DNA of 64,000 nucleotides from an uncultured archaeon (GTDB lineage Archaea > Iainarchaeota > Iainarchaeia > Iainarchaeales > 1-14-0-10-31-34). Below, piece by piece: positions 21,267 to 30,771 of this stretch. Position numbers and translations under genes: made by a program. The stretch is taken from contig CAZSOZ010000001.1 of NCBI GenBank assembly GCA_964608675.1, forward strand, positions 256,001 through 320,000, given 5' to 3'. The notes below the pieces were generated by a model. It saw only the letters and a program-made list of their open reading frames with translations. It searched no databases and was not told where the DNA came from. Numbering within the stretch: the stretch's first letter is position 1; each line of letters starts with the position of its first letter.

Positions 21267-24200
21267 ATGAAATTAAATTTCCTTTTAATTTTAATTCTTT
21301 TGTTTTTGTTTTCTGGCTGTTCAGAGGAAAAACTTGAATACAAAAACGCGTGCCTTTCTCTGACTTCTTATTCTTTTCAGGAAATTCCTGAATGCAGTTC
21401 TCAGGAAGACTGCTTTAAAGAAGTTGAAAAACACTTGTTTGATTTTAAGCAAACTTTTTCTTTTGAATCTTCTGATAAACTTCATTCTTATAAAAATAAT
21501 CTTGCTTCTTCTTGGCTTTATTTTAATAAATCCCTTAAGCTGGTAAAGGAACTAAACCGTTTGTGTTATTCTGATGATTTTTCTTTTCTGCCGGAAAAAA
21601 CCAATGAACTGGTTTTTTCTTTGGAAAAAGCATTTGAATTTTCAGATAAAGCAAGCCTTGATTCTTTTTCTTTTCTTTTAACAGAAAAAAATTTTCTGAA
21701 CAAACAAAACATTGAATTAATTCCTGAAGAGCTTTTGTTTGATGATTTTATTTTATTTAATCACAATCTGAATGAATTGTCTACTCCTGAAATATACAAG
21801 TCTTCTGGTTCTTATGTTTCAAAATATTTTAATGCTTCAGCAGAATTCAATGATTTTTCCTCTAAATTTGGTTTTTATTCTCTTTATTTGAATGAATTCA
21901 CTTCCTCTGACTTAATTAATTTTTATCAAAAAGACGCTCTTGATTCAGTTAAATCAAATAAATTTTATGTTCCACTGATGAAAAAAACTTTTTCTTCGGT
22001 TTCTTCCTTTATTTTCGGCTTAAATGACTTAAAAAGAACTGTTTCTGTTCTTAATTCAATTCCTTCAAACAAACTGTTTTTTTTGTATGGAAATTTTGTT
22101 TCTCCAAAAAATTCTGTTGCATCAGAATTTTCTCTGCTCGTTAAAAAAGTTTCAGAGCACAAGTTGTCTTTAAATGAATCAAATAATTCTTTGGTTTTGG
22201 AAATTGAATCTGATTTTAATGAAATTTCTTTTAAGCTTGACGAGCTCTCTGTTTCTTCTGTAAGCAGATTTGATTCAAATATAACTTCTTTTCTTTTTGA
22301 GGAACTGAATGCTTCTTTTATTTCAGAAAACAAAAACGAAATTTTTTCTGCTGAAACTTTTGTTTTTGAATCAAGAAAAAAGCTTTCACTGCTTAAATCA
22401 AAGTTCAATGAATTAAAAAGAAAGGATTCTTTTAATGAAATTTCTTTGGGAAAAAAATCTTCCCTGCTTAAGCAAATTAAAGCTGAAACTCTTTCCCTGA
22501 AAGAAGACATTGGTTTTTTTGCAGGAGCCTTTATTGATGAATTAATTGTTTTATGCAGTACAAAAACAGAATTAATTTCTTCAGAATTAAACCAAAAAGA
22601 TTTTTCTTCTTTTTCTTGGGAAATAACTTCTCTTGCCTCCAGAACTGCAGTAAAAATTGATTTATTTGAAGATGCTTCAAAAGAACAAAAAATTATTTAC
22701 TGTAAGGACACCATTCTCCTCAAAAAACAGCTTGATTCTGCTTTAGAAAACCAGGAAAAATTTCTTTTAAGTTCTTCTGAGTCCCTGAACGAATGCATTT
22801 CTTCCCTTGAAAAAATTTTTTATTCAAAAAATCTTTCAGTTTTTGTTGATTCTTTTTATTCCCTTAAATCCATGCAAAAAAACAGGCTTCCTTTTTCTTA
22901 TCTTTTGGATTCCTGTTCAGACCTCAAAAAAAGAATAACTGTTTACCTTTATTCTTATGATGAAGAAATAATTCAGGCAAACGATTTTTACATCAAATCA
23001 GAAAAAATTTTATCAAATCTTTCCTTTTTATCAAAAATTTATCCCGAATTCTTTAATTCAGTCAAAACAACCAATTTTATTTCTGATTTTGATGAAATTT
23101 CACTTGATTTTTCTTTAAAAAAACTTAAACCTGAATTTTTTCCTTTTTCTTCTGAAAAACTTTCTTTAATCAAAAAATTTAATCAAAAAATAAATTCTTT
23201 TTTTTCTTCTTCTTTTGGACAATTCCTTTCATTTAATTATTCAATAAAATCTTTTCCTTTAGAGCAGGCGGTTCTAGGAAAAACTTTTTTGGTTAAACAA
23301 AAAATCTTTTTTCCCAATCCTTTGAATGAACCAATTAACCTTGAATTCTCTTTTCTTTCTCCTTTTCTTTCTTCTGAAAATAAATTAATTCATTCATGCA
23401 TTAAAGAGATAACTAAAAGCAAGTCTAATTCAAGAATTTTAGTTTCTTGTTTTCCTGAGGAAGGGCTTTTGTTTGAATCAGACAAAAATTTACTGCTTTC
23501 TTTTTTTGATTCTTTTCCTGAATTAATTGAAGCAAACCAGAATTCTGTTTTGTTTTCTAAATCCCTGAAAATTGATTCTTTTTCACAAATTTCTTCTTTG
23601 AAGGCAGTTGTTCCTTTGGAATTTAATTCTGATAATGCTTTTGCTGTATTTAATTCACAGAAAATTCCTGTTGAAATAAAAGAAAAAAACGCGGTTTTTT
23701 ATTTGGAGGAACTTAATTCAGAGCCTTTGATTGAATTATTTTTTTCTGTTTCCAAACCTGTTTCTTTTGAATTTTCCGAGAAATCAAGAAAAAAACTTGA
23801 TGAAAACACTTTTTTGGTTTTTTTTGATTTACAGTTAAAAAACAATCTGGCTTTTGATTTTGATTCAATTAAAATTTTTCTTCCTTTAAATGACTCTGAT
23901 TCAATTCTTGAAGCAAAATTAACAGATTTTTCTTCTGAAATAAAAGTTTATTCTTTGGGAAAAAAATTTTTTTTTAAAACCTCTTTAAATAAACTTGAGT
24001 CAAAAAAATTTTTTCTTGAAATAAAAATAAAAGACTTTGATGAATACAAAAAATCATTGAAGAATTCTCTTTTATCTGAAATTTCATTGATTGAAGACCC
24101 TGTTTTCAGAAAAAATTTTCAGACAAAAATTAATTCTGCTGATTCCTTTGAAGAATTAATTGAATTAAATGCCAAACTTTCTTCTTTTCTGGAAGAAAAA

Positions 24201-25259
24201 AATTCTTTTATGAATTCAGAGTTTTTGTCTCTTAAGTCGTTGGTTGAAGAAAAAATTACAGGACTCAAAGAAACTGTTGCTTTTTTTGATTCAACAGGAT
24301 TTTATTCTGAATCAAATGAATTAAAATCAAAAATTCTGAAAGCTGAATCTGATTTAATCAAAGCTGTTTCTGTTTCTAAAGAAAAAGGAACAGAACTGCT
24401 TCTTTCTGTTAATTCTTTTTTGGAGGAAGTTTCTGACAAAAACCTTGAAGCATTTCTTTTAAACAAAAGAAACTTTGTTTTAGAAAAAACAGCGGGTTCA
24501 AATGAATTAATTGCTTTGCTGAACAGCAAAAAAATTTTTGACTTAAAGAACGCCCTGCTTGAACAAGACACTAATTTTTTGTCTTTTTTTTCAAAAAAAG
24601 ATTATTTTAATTCTGCTCTTTCTTTGAATTTAATGCAGTCTGATTCAAAAAAACTTCTTGAATTAATTTCCAAAGAAATCCAGCTTAAAAAACAAAAATT
24701 GAATGAAAAAAAAATTTTTTTCAAAGAAAAAAAGCAGTTAACTGAAATGCTTTTTTCTTCTCTTGAAAACGCTTTATCTGAAAGCAAATTTTATCTTTCT
24801 CCTATTTCAAAGTCAAGACTTAAATTTTTAAGAAATGAATTTGATTCAATTAATTTTTCTTTTAAGGACAGCAGTTCTCCTGAAAGCCTGCTTTCAGCTG
24901 AATTGCTTGCAGAACAATCAGACAAAGAATTAAATGCAATCCATGAAGAACTTTCTTTTTCTTTGAATAAATTAAAAGAAGACGCAAAAGTTTTCTTGTT
25001 GTCTGCAAAAATTTCAGGAAAAAATATTTCTTCTGCACAAACTCTTTTTGAGGAAGGAAAATACATTGATTCAATTAATGCTTCTTTTTTTTCAGCTGAA
25101 TCCTCTCCAACAGCTTTTGCTTTTCTTTCTTCTTTTGAAGTCCCTTTGCAGGTTTATCCTCTTCTTATTATAATTCTTTTTGTTGCAGGAAAAAAATTTT
25201 TTATTAAAAAAAAGAAGAAAAGAAAGCCTAAAAAGAAACATTTAAAGAGTTTGGAATAA
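21267..25259 (+). CDS. Large (1330 aa) hypothetical protein with an N-terminal lipobox and a C-terminal TM anchor
   Basis: LFSGC lipobox, helical/coiled-coil segments, and a C-terminal TM followed by a poly-Lys tail. Confidence 0.75.
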   Translation: MKLNFLLILILLFLFSGCSEEKLEYKNACLSLTSYSFQEIPECSSQEDCFKEVEKHLFDFKQTFSFESSDKLHSYKNNLASSWLYFNKSLKLVKELNRLCYSDDFSFLPEKTNELVFSLEKAFEFSDKASLDSFSFLLTEKNFLNKQNIELIPEELLFDDFILFNHNLNELSTPEIYKSSGSYVSKYFNASAEFNDFSSKFGFYSLYLNEFTSSDLINFYQKDALDSVKSNKFYVPLMKKTFSSVSSFIFGLNDLKRTVSVLNSIPSNKLFFLYGNFVSPKNSVASEFSLLVKKVSEHKLSLNESNNSLVLEIESDFNEISFKLDELSVSSVSRFDSNITSFLFEELNASFISENKNEIFSAETFVFESRKKLSLLKSKFNELKRKDSFNEISLGKKSSLLKQIKAETLSLKEDIGFFAGAFIDELIVLCSTKTELISSELNQKDFSSFSWEITSLASRTAVKIDLFEDASKEQKIIYCKDTILLKKQLDSALENQEKFLLSSSESLNECISSLEKIFYSKNLSVFVDSFYSLKSMQKNRLPFSYLLDSCSDLKKRITVYLYSYDEEIIQANDFYIKSEKILSNLSFLSKIYPEFFNSVKTTNFISDFDEISLDFSLKKLKPEFFPFSSEKLSLIKKFNQKINSFFSSSFGQFLSFNYSIKSFPLEQAVLGKTFLVKQKIFFPNPLNEPINLEFSFLSPFLSSENKLIHSCIKEITKSKSNSRILVSCFPEEGLLFESDKNLLLSFFDSFPELIEANQNSVLFSKSLKIDSFSQISSLKAVVPLEFNSDNAFAVFNSQKIPVEIKEKNAVFYLEELNSEPLIELFFSVSKPVSFEFSEKSRKKLDENTFLVFFDLQLKNNLAFDFDSIKIFLPLNDSDSILEAKLTDFSSEIKVYSLGKKFFFKTSLNKLESKKFFLEIKIKDFDEYKKSLKNSLLSEISLIEDPVFRKNFQTKINSADSFEELIELNAKLSSFLEEKNSFMNSEFLSLKSLVEEKITGLKETVAFFDSTGFYSESNELKSKILKAESDLIKAVSVSKEKGTELLLSVNSFLEEVSDKNLEAFLLNKRNFVLEKTAGSNELIALLNSKKIFDLKNALLEQDTNFLSFFSKKDYFNSALSLNLMQSDSKKLLELISKEIQLKKQKLNEKKIFFKEKKQLTEMLFSSLENALSESKFYLSPISKSRLKFLRNEFDSINFSFKDSSSPESLLSAELLAEQSDKELNAIHEELSFSLNKLKEDAKVFLLSAKISGKNISSAQTLFEEGKYIDSINASFFSAESSPTAFAFLSSFEVPLQVYPLLIIILFVAGKKFFIKKKKKRKPKKKHLKSLE

Positions 25260-25298
25260 AAGAAAGGAATATTTAAATAGTGCTTTGCTTTTATTTTT

Positions 25299-26201
25299 GT
25301 GATGCCAGAAAAAAAGGATTTAAAGTACAGTATTATGGATAAAGCTTTGGGAGTAAAGCAGTCTGTTTCTAAATCAATTCCTTCTGTTCAATCCCTTAAA
25401 AAAAAACCTGTTTCAAAATCAAAGCCTGCTCCAAAGCCTGTAAAGAAATCTGTTCAAGAAAAAAACCATAGTTCTTTGATTGGAATTGCAGTTATTTTTT
25501 TGATTGTGGTTGTTGCATTAATTTTTGTTTTGGATGATTCTCTTGATTTAGATTTAGTTGATGCAGGAAAAGAAAATCAGCCTTCTTCTGCTGATGAAAT
25601 TCCTGAAAACCAAGAAGAAATCAAACTTTCTTTTGATGAAAGATACACTGAATGTGCAAGCAAGCCTTTGGTTCAGCATAAAGATGAATGCCTTCAAAAT
25701 CTTGCAGTTGAATTTAACAAAGAATTCTTGTGTGATGAATTAACTAATCTTGATTTAGAGAAATGCAGAAGGCTTGTCTGGAAAGCTAATGCAGTGGTTT
25801 CTTTGGAAATAGAAAAATGCAGTGAGCTTTTAACTGAATTAGATAAAATTGAATGCATTAAAGAAATTGCTTTATTGTCTTCTGATAAAACAATCTGCAG
25901 TAAAATAACTGAAGTGGTTTCTTCTGCTGATTTAACTCAGGTTAATTCATGTTATATTGCTTTGGCAGTTCAGGAAAAAGATTTGTCTGTTTGTGATTTA
26001 ATTGAGGGAAGCATGAAGGACACCTGTAAATTTAATACTGCTGTTGTTATTTCTAATCCTGATTTATGCATTGGATTTGAAGTTCCTACTATAAGAAATG
26101 ACTGTATTGCAAGAATCGCAAAAAACTTGAATGATGTTTCTTTGTGCAACAGAATAAGCAGTTCAATTCAAAAAAATAAGTGCATTAAAGATTTATCTTA
26201 A
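25299..26201 (+). CDS. Membrane-anchored Cys-repeat protein
   Basis: One TM, then about 6-7 repeats of about 25 aa of the form (K/R)D.C...(L/I)A......(L/I)C..(I/L). Confidence 0.75.
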   Translation: MMPEKKDLKYSIMDKALGVKQSVSKSIPSVQSLKKKPVSKSKPAPKPVKKSVQEKNHSSLIGIAVIFLIVVVALIFVLDDSLDLDLVDAGKENQPSSADEIPENQEEIKLSFDERYTECASKPLVQHKDECLQNLAVEFNKEFLCDELTNLDLEKCRRLVWKANAVVSLEIEKCSELLTELDKIECIKEIALLSSDKTICSKITEVVSSADLTQVNSCYIALAVQEKDLSVCDLIEGSMKDTCKFNTAVVISNPDLCIGFEVPTIRNDCIARIAKNLNDVSLCNRISSSIQKNKCIKDLS

Positions 26202-27353
26202 ATATAAATACAAGTAAATTGCTACTCCAAATAAAACAAAAAGCATTCCTGCAATTAATTCCTGTTTTATTTCTTCTTTTTCAAATATTATTTCAGTTTT
26301 TTCGCAGGAAACTTTTTTTCCTTCAAATTCCAGTGTGCATCCTAATTCAAATTTTCCTGCAGTGTTTGATTTAATTTTTGTTTTAAAGTAAACTATTTGT
26401 TTTGGGTGAATTGACGCAAATTTTTTTTCATTTTTTTTTAATTCAATTCCCTTTCCTAAAACAGTTATTTTTGCATTATGCACTGTTTCAAGTGAATTGT
26501 TTATTATCACTATTTCTATTTCGCTTTCTTCTTTTATTTGATTTATTTGTTTTTTCAGCATAATTATTGGTTCAAGTTTTTTTTTGTATTCTTTTGGAAG
26601 TATTTCAGGATAATTTGATTTAATTGTTTTTTCTTCTTTGAATTCATTCAAATAAACTGCTACTGCATTCGGAAGAAGTCTTGTATTTGGGTTTTTCAGC
26701 CTGTAAGTGAATTCCAGTGAAATTTCTTTTCCTGCCTGAATTTCCCCTGAAAACGAACTTTTTCCTTTTATTAATTCAATGTCTTTTCGTTCTTTGTCTC
26801 CGTCAGTTATTTTCACAAAAGTTGATTCATTTCCGTAATTTTTTAAAGTGGTTTTCACGTGTATTTCCTGTCCTACTACTAATTCTTTTGATACAACTTT
26901 TTTTGTAAAACTGCCTTCAGGAAAAAAAGCAGTCTTATAATTTCCTATTATTGAATCATTGTAAACATTTATTTTTGGAATGGAATCAGATGAATTTCCG
27001 CATATTCTGAGTTCATTTTTTGTTTTTAATTCTTCTTTTTTTAGTGTTATTCTTTGAAATTCGTTTCCTGTTCCTGATTCAATAATTGAAATCAGTTTAT
27101 TATTTAATTCAACTGTAATGTTTGCGTCTCCTTTAATGTTTGGAGTAAAAGTATAATGCACTGAAATAATAGTGAATTCCTCTGAATTAAATTCATCATA
27201 AAAAATTATTTTCATGCATTCCTGTGCGTTAGCTTCATGTATTTTAAGTTCTTCTTCATAGCCTATCGAAAAAAAAGTTTTTTCTTTTATTGTTTCTCCG
27301 CTGACTATTCCTGTTAAAAGCACAGCAAGAATTACAAGCATTTTTTTGTTCAT
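26193..27353 (-). CDS. Secreted Ig-like (DUF11/BatD-like) protein with a C-terminal TM anchor
   Basis: Signal peptide, VGQEIHVKTTLKNYG..STFVKITD and LLPNAVAVY segments, and a C-terminal hydrophobic helix. Confidence 0.65.
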   Translation of the reverse strand: MNKKMLVILAVLLTGIVSGETIKEKTFFSIGYEEELKIHEANAQECMKIIFYDEFNSEEFTIISVHYTFTPNIKGDANITVELNNKLISIIESGTGNEFQRITLKKEELKTKNELRICGNSSDSIPKINVYNDSIIGNYKTAFFPEGSFTKKVVSKELVVGQEIHVKTTLKNYGNESTFVKITDGDKERKDIELIKGKSSFSGEIQAGKEISLEFTYRLKNPNTRLLPNAVAVYLNEFKEEKTIKSNYPEILPKEYKKKLEPIIMLKKQINQIKEESEIEIVIINNSLETVHNAKITVLGKGIELKKNEKKFASIHPKQIVYFKTKIKSNTAGKFELGCTLEFEGKKVSCEKTEIIFEKEEIKQELIAGMLFVLFGVAIYLYLYLR

Positions 27354-27823
27354 TTTTTCCCTTTAATTTTTTTAAGTATTTGTTGTATGGAACTCTTTAA
27401 ATTTTTCTCGTTTTTTATTTCAATTATTTTTTTATAGTTTTTTTCTGCTTTTTTTTTGCAGTAATTTGTTTCCTCACAGTAAAGATTGTCCTGAATTTTT
27501 ATTTCAGTATAGCCTCTTTTTCTAAGCCTTTTTTCAAGAATCTTTCTTTTTGTTCTTAAAACAAAAAATAAATCTGTATTTATTTTCATTTCGCATAAAG
27601 TGTGGCCTTCAATTATTATGTTTTCTTTTTTTTTCAGGAATTCATTCATTTTTTTCTGGAATTTTTTTAAGTCTATTTCAACTTCGCTTCCTTTTCTTTT
27701 GCCTGTTTTTGTTTTTAAAGCAAAATCTTTTTCGTTTACTGTTTTCCAGTTTAATTTTTCCTTTAATTTTTCTGCTAAAACCGTTTTTCCTGTTCCAGGA
27801 ATCCCTGTAATTAAAACCTTCAT
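27350..27823 (-). CDS. Archaeal adenylate kinase AK6/Fap7-like P-loop kinase
   Basis: ITGIPGTGKT, IIIEGH and LEKRL.KRGY...KI.DN..CE. Confidence 0.88.
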   Translation of the reverse strand: MKVLITGIPGTGKTVLAEKLKEKLNWKTVNEKDFALKTKTGKRKGSEVEIDLKKFQKKMNEFLKKKENIIIEGHTLCEMKINTDLFFVLRTKRKILEKRLRKRGYTEIKIQDNLYCEETNYCKKKAEKNYKKIIEIKNEKNLKSSIQQILKKIKGKK

Positions 27824-28235
27824 TTTTTCACTTTTATTCTGTTTAATATTCCTCTAAAAAGAGAGCAAACAACTATTGGCATTTTAGTTAATTCAAATTC
27901 TATTGAATTAATTTTTTTTCCGTTTATTTCAACGGCTTTTCCTATTATTTCATTTTTTTTTACAAGTGAATCAAAATGCTTTGAATTGTCTCCTTTAACC
28001 AAAAATTTTTCTTTTTTTCTTTTCAGCATTCTGTGTAATAAAAATTTTTGGTTTCTGTAAAACATTATTATGTCTCCTGTTTTTAGTTTTTCTGATTCAA
28101 TTAACTTGATTTTTATTCTTGAATTTTCGTTGATTAAAGGAAGCATGCTTGTCCCTTTTGTTTGTACTTCAATTGTTTTTCCTTTATTGTTTTTTTTAAA
28201 CAAATCAACTGCCTGAATAAATGTTTTTTCTTTCA
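27820..28235 (-). CDS. S24/S26-family peptidase lacking an N-terminal TM anchor
   Basis: GTSMLPLI (catalytic Ser), GDIIMF, LHRML and VKGDN. Likely start MKEKTF at 28235. Confidence 0.85.
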
Positions 28236-28237
28236 TT

Positions 28238-29149
28238 TCATTCACAACTGAATTTTCTCTGCCTTTCAGAAACAAAATTGAGATTTCCAAGTTTTTCATT
28301 AAATGAAAGAAGGATATGCGGATTTTCTGCTTGCACGTAATAAATTTCTCTTAATTTTTTTTCTACTAACAGATTTATTTTGTATGCTTCCCTTCCTTCA
28401 AAGAAAATTTTTTTATCGAACTCAAATTTTATTTCTTTGTTTGGAACCATGAATTCTTTTGTTTCAATAAATTCATCGAAATTGAATTGTCCTCCTTCAT
28501 AATATAAGAAAAACAAGGGAAGCACAATATCTCTTTCAGTTAAATCAAAAAAATTTTTTTCTTTTAATCCTTTTTCAAGTGCGTTTTTACAGGATTCTGA
28601 ATAATTTAATTTAATTACTTTTGAGTTCTTGATCAGGATTTTTCCAAAAATTCTTTCTTTTGGAAACGAAACAGCAATAACTCCTTCAATAAAGTTTTCA
28701 TTTTTGTCCAAAACAAAAAAATTATAGTCTACGCTGAAATTAGAGTCAATTTTTTCATACAAAAAGTAATATTCCTGTCCTTTTTTGAATTCAATTTTCT
28801 TTAAAGGATTTATTTTTATTTCAAATTCTTTTGTTTTTCCGTCTGAAGGCATTATTTTCAAGAGAAAATTCATTCCTGTGATTATACACGGAAAAGAAAT
28901 TTCGTTTAATCCTTTTCTTAAATCAAAATAATTAACGCATTTTAATTCTTTTTCATTAAATACTTCTATTCTGGCTTTTTTTAATTCTTTTTGGGAAACA
29001 ATATTCAATTCAACTATTTTTTTTTCAAAGTCAAATGAATAACTATTTAATTCCAGTTCATAGTCATTTAATTTATTTTCTGGTTTTTTCTGAATGCATC
29101 CAAAAGCCAGCAAAAAAACAACCAATAAAAATAATGCTTTTTTTTTCAT
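28238..29149 (-). CDS. Hypothetical lipoprotein within the RiPP-like cluster
   Basis: MKKKALFLLVVFLLAFGC lipobox. Confidence 0.7.
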   Translation of the reverse strand: MKKKALFLLVVFLLAFGCIQKKPENKLNDYELELNSYSFDFEKKIVELNIVSQKELKKARIEVFNEKELKCVNYFDLRKGLNEISFPCIITGMNFLLKIMPSDGKTKEFEIKINPLKKIEFKKGQEYYFLYEKIDSNFSVDYNFFVLDKNENFIEGVIAVSFPKERIFGKILIKNSKVIKLNYSESCKNALEKGLKEKNFFDLTERDIVLPLFFLYYEGGQFNFDEFIETKEFMVPNKEIKFEFDKKIFFEGREAYKINLLVEKKLREIYYVQAENPHILLSFNEKLGNLNFVSERQRKFSCE

Positions 29150-29227
29150 TAAAAGAAATAGTGTTCTTTCTCTTTTTTAATATAACATTTACTAACTAAT
29201 TTGTTTTTTTGAAGTTAATTTAGCCAA

Positions 29228-29335
29228 TTACAAAGTAAAGCCGGTTTGTGGAGAAGCAGATATAAACATACTGTCATCCGGAGTAAAAACAATTTTTGTG
29301 TTTAATTTTTTTATTTCAGGCTTTTCGTATTTCAT
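29228..29335 (-). CDS. Putative RiPP precursor peptide (35 aa) MKYEKPEIKKLNTKIVFTPDDSMFISASPQTGFTL
   Basis: Hand-translated ATG 29335 to TAA 29228, below the ORF-track cutoff. The N-terminal YxxPxI is the RRE/PqqD-binding leader motif type. It lies between the radical SAM gene and the lipoprotein-peptidase genes. Confidence 0.72.
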   Translation of the reverse strand: MKYEKPEIKKLNTKIVFTPDDSMFISASPQTGFTL

Positions 29336-29393
29336 ACAATAAAAAAAACTTCATTACTATATAAATAATTATCTGTAGTTATTTTTTTTTGAT

Positions 29394-30470
29394 TTGATGG
29401 AAAAAATAAATAATTCAATTTATCACACGGATTTAATTTATACAAATAAATGCAATATTAGGTGCAGGCACTGCATTAATGACAGCTGTAAAGAAAAAAT
29501 AGGAAAACTTGGCTGCAACAAAGTTATTTCTATTTTAAATGAAATGCCAAAATTTAATGTTAAATATCTAGGAATAACAGGCGGAGAATCACTTATTTAT
29601 GAAAAAGAAATTCTTGAAATTATTTCTGAAGCAAAAAAACTTGGAATAGAATCTTCTTTAGTTTCAAATGGATTGTGGGCTTATAACAAAAAAAACACAA
29701 AAAAAGTGCTTTCAAAATTAACTAAAGCAGGGCTAAACAGGCTTAATGTAAGCTGTGATGAATTTCATTTAGAGCACGTTCCTATTCAGAATATTTTGAA
29801 TGTTTCCAGCGAAGCCAGAAAAATAAAAGACTTGGATTTTTTTCTTCGTTTTACTCAAACAAAAAACTATTCTGTTATAGATTTCATTTCAGAAAACAAA
29901 AAATTTTTTAAAAACGATTCTTCAAAAGATCCCTTAGGATTTTTTGTTCAACTGCTTTTGCCTTTAGGAAGGTCTTCAGTTAATGTTCCTGAACAGGATT
30001 ATTTTTTCTTTAAAAAATCAATTAAAACAAGATCTTGTAGTTTTAGAAGCAGTCCTTCAATTGATTTTAAAGGAACTTTTTCCATTTGCTGTTTAGGGTC
30101 TGATGCAGAAAACACGGCATTTCAGTTAGGAAACATTTATTCTGATGATATAAATGGTTTATTTGAAGCATACAAAAACAGCATTTTTGTTTTTTATCTT
30201 AAAGCAAAAGGACCTTATTTTATTGCAAAACTTGCAGAAAAAAATAATTTAAAAAAAATCAAGAAAACAAAAAAGTCTTTTGAGAAAAATATTGGAATAT
30301 GTGATTACTGCATACTTACTTTGAGTCAATATAAAAAAGAAGATATTTTAGAAATTTTGGAAGCTCATTTAAAGAAAAACAGAAAGGAAATGTTTAAGTG
30401 TTCAAAAGAAAATGTAAAGAATGCAGCAAAAAACTGGAAAGAATTGCAGACAAAACATTATTGGAAATAA
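29394..30470 (+). CDS. Radical SAM enzyme with a C-terminal auxiliary-cluster (twitch-like) domain, EpeE/YydG-like
   Basis: CNIRCRHC, ITGGE, SNGLW, VSCDEFH, LGR, and C-terminal C...ICC...GICDYC. Confidence 0.88.
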   Translation: MMEKINNSIYHTDLIYTNKCNIRCRHCINDSCKEKIGKLGCNKVISILNEMPKFNVKYLGITGGESLIYEKEILEIISEAKKLGIESSLVSNGLWAYNKKNTKKVLSKLTKAGLNRLNVSCDEFHLEHVPIQNILNVSSEARKIKDLDFFLRFTQTKNYSVIDFISENKKFFKNDSSKDPLGFFVQLLLPLGRSSVNVPEQDYFFFKKSIKTRSCSFRSSPSIDFKGTFSICCLGSDAENTAFQLGNIYSDDINGLFEAYKNSIFVFYLKAKGPYFIAKLAEKNNLKKIKKTKKSFEKNIGICDYCILTLSQYKKEDILEILEAHLKKNRKEMFKCSKENVKNAAKNWKELQTKHYWK

Positions 30471-30474
30471 TTAA

Positions 30475-30729
30475 TTATTTTTTAATCAGTTTAAAGGATT
30501 TTAGTTTTTTTATTAATTCTTTTGTATGACTTAAAGCTTTTTTTTCAGGTATCCCATATTTTTTTGCAAGTTTTAAAGCAATTTTTTTTTCATTATTTTT
30601 TCCGTTAATTTTTTTCCAGACAAAAGTTCCTGTTTTATTTAATACAAAAAAATCATTGTTTTCAGGATTAAAAACTATTGTTTCTCCGTCGACTTCTCTG
30701 GTTTCAACTTTCTTTGTTTTTTTAATCAT
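30475..30729 (-). CDS. PqqD-family RiPP recognition element (standalone RRE)
   Basis: REVDGETIVFNPENNDFFVLNKTGTFVWKKING......IA..LA.KY............I..L....LI. Likely start ATG 30729. Confidence 0.92.
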   Translation of the reverse strand: MIKKTKKVETREVDGETIVFNPENNDFFVLNKTGTFVWKKINGKNNEKKIALKLAKKYGIPEKKALSHTKELIKKLKSFKLIKK

Positions 30730-30771
30730 TTTTTCACTTTTTTGTTTTATATTATTAAAGAGCATTTGTTT

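Noticed and set aside
27820-28235. Housekeeping signal peptidase I
   Set aside because: It has no N-terminal TM anchor, and its context points to peptide maturation, although this is not proven.
29394-30729. PQQ biosynthesis (pqqD/pqqE)
   Set aside because: No PqqB/PqqC, and no ExxxY-containing PqqA-like peptide.
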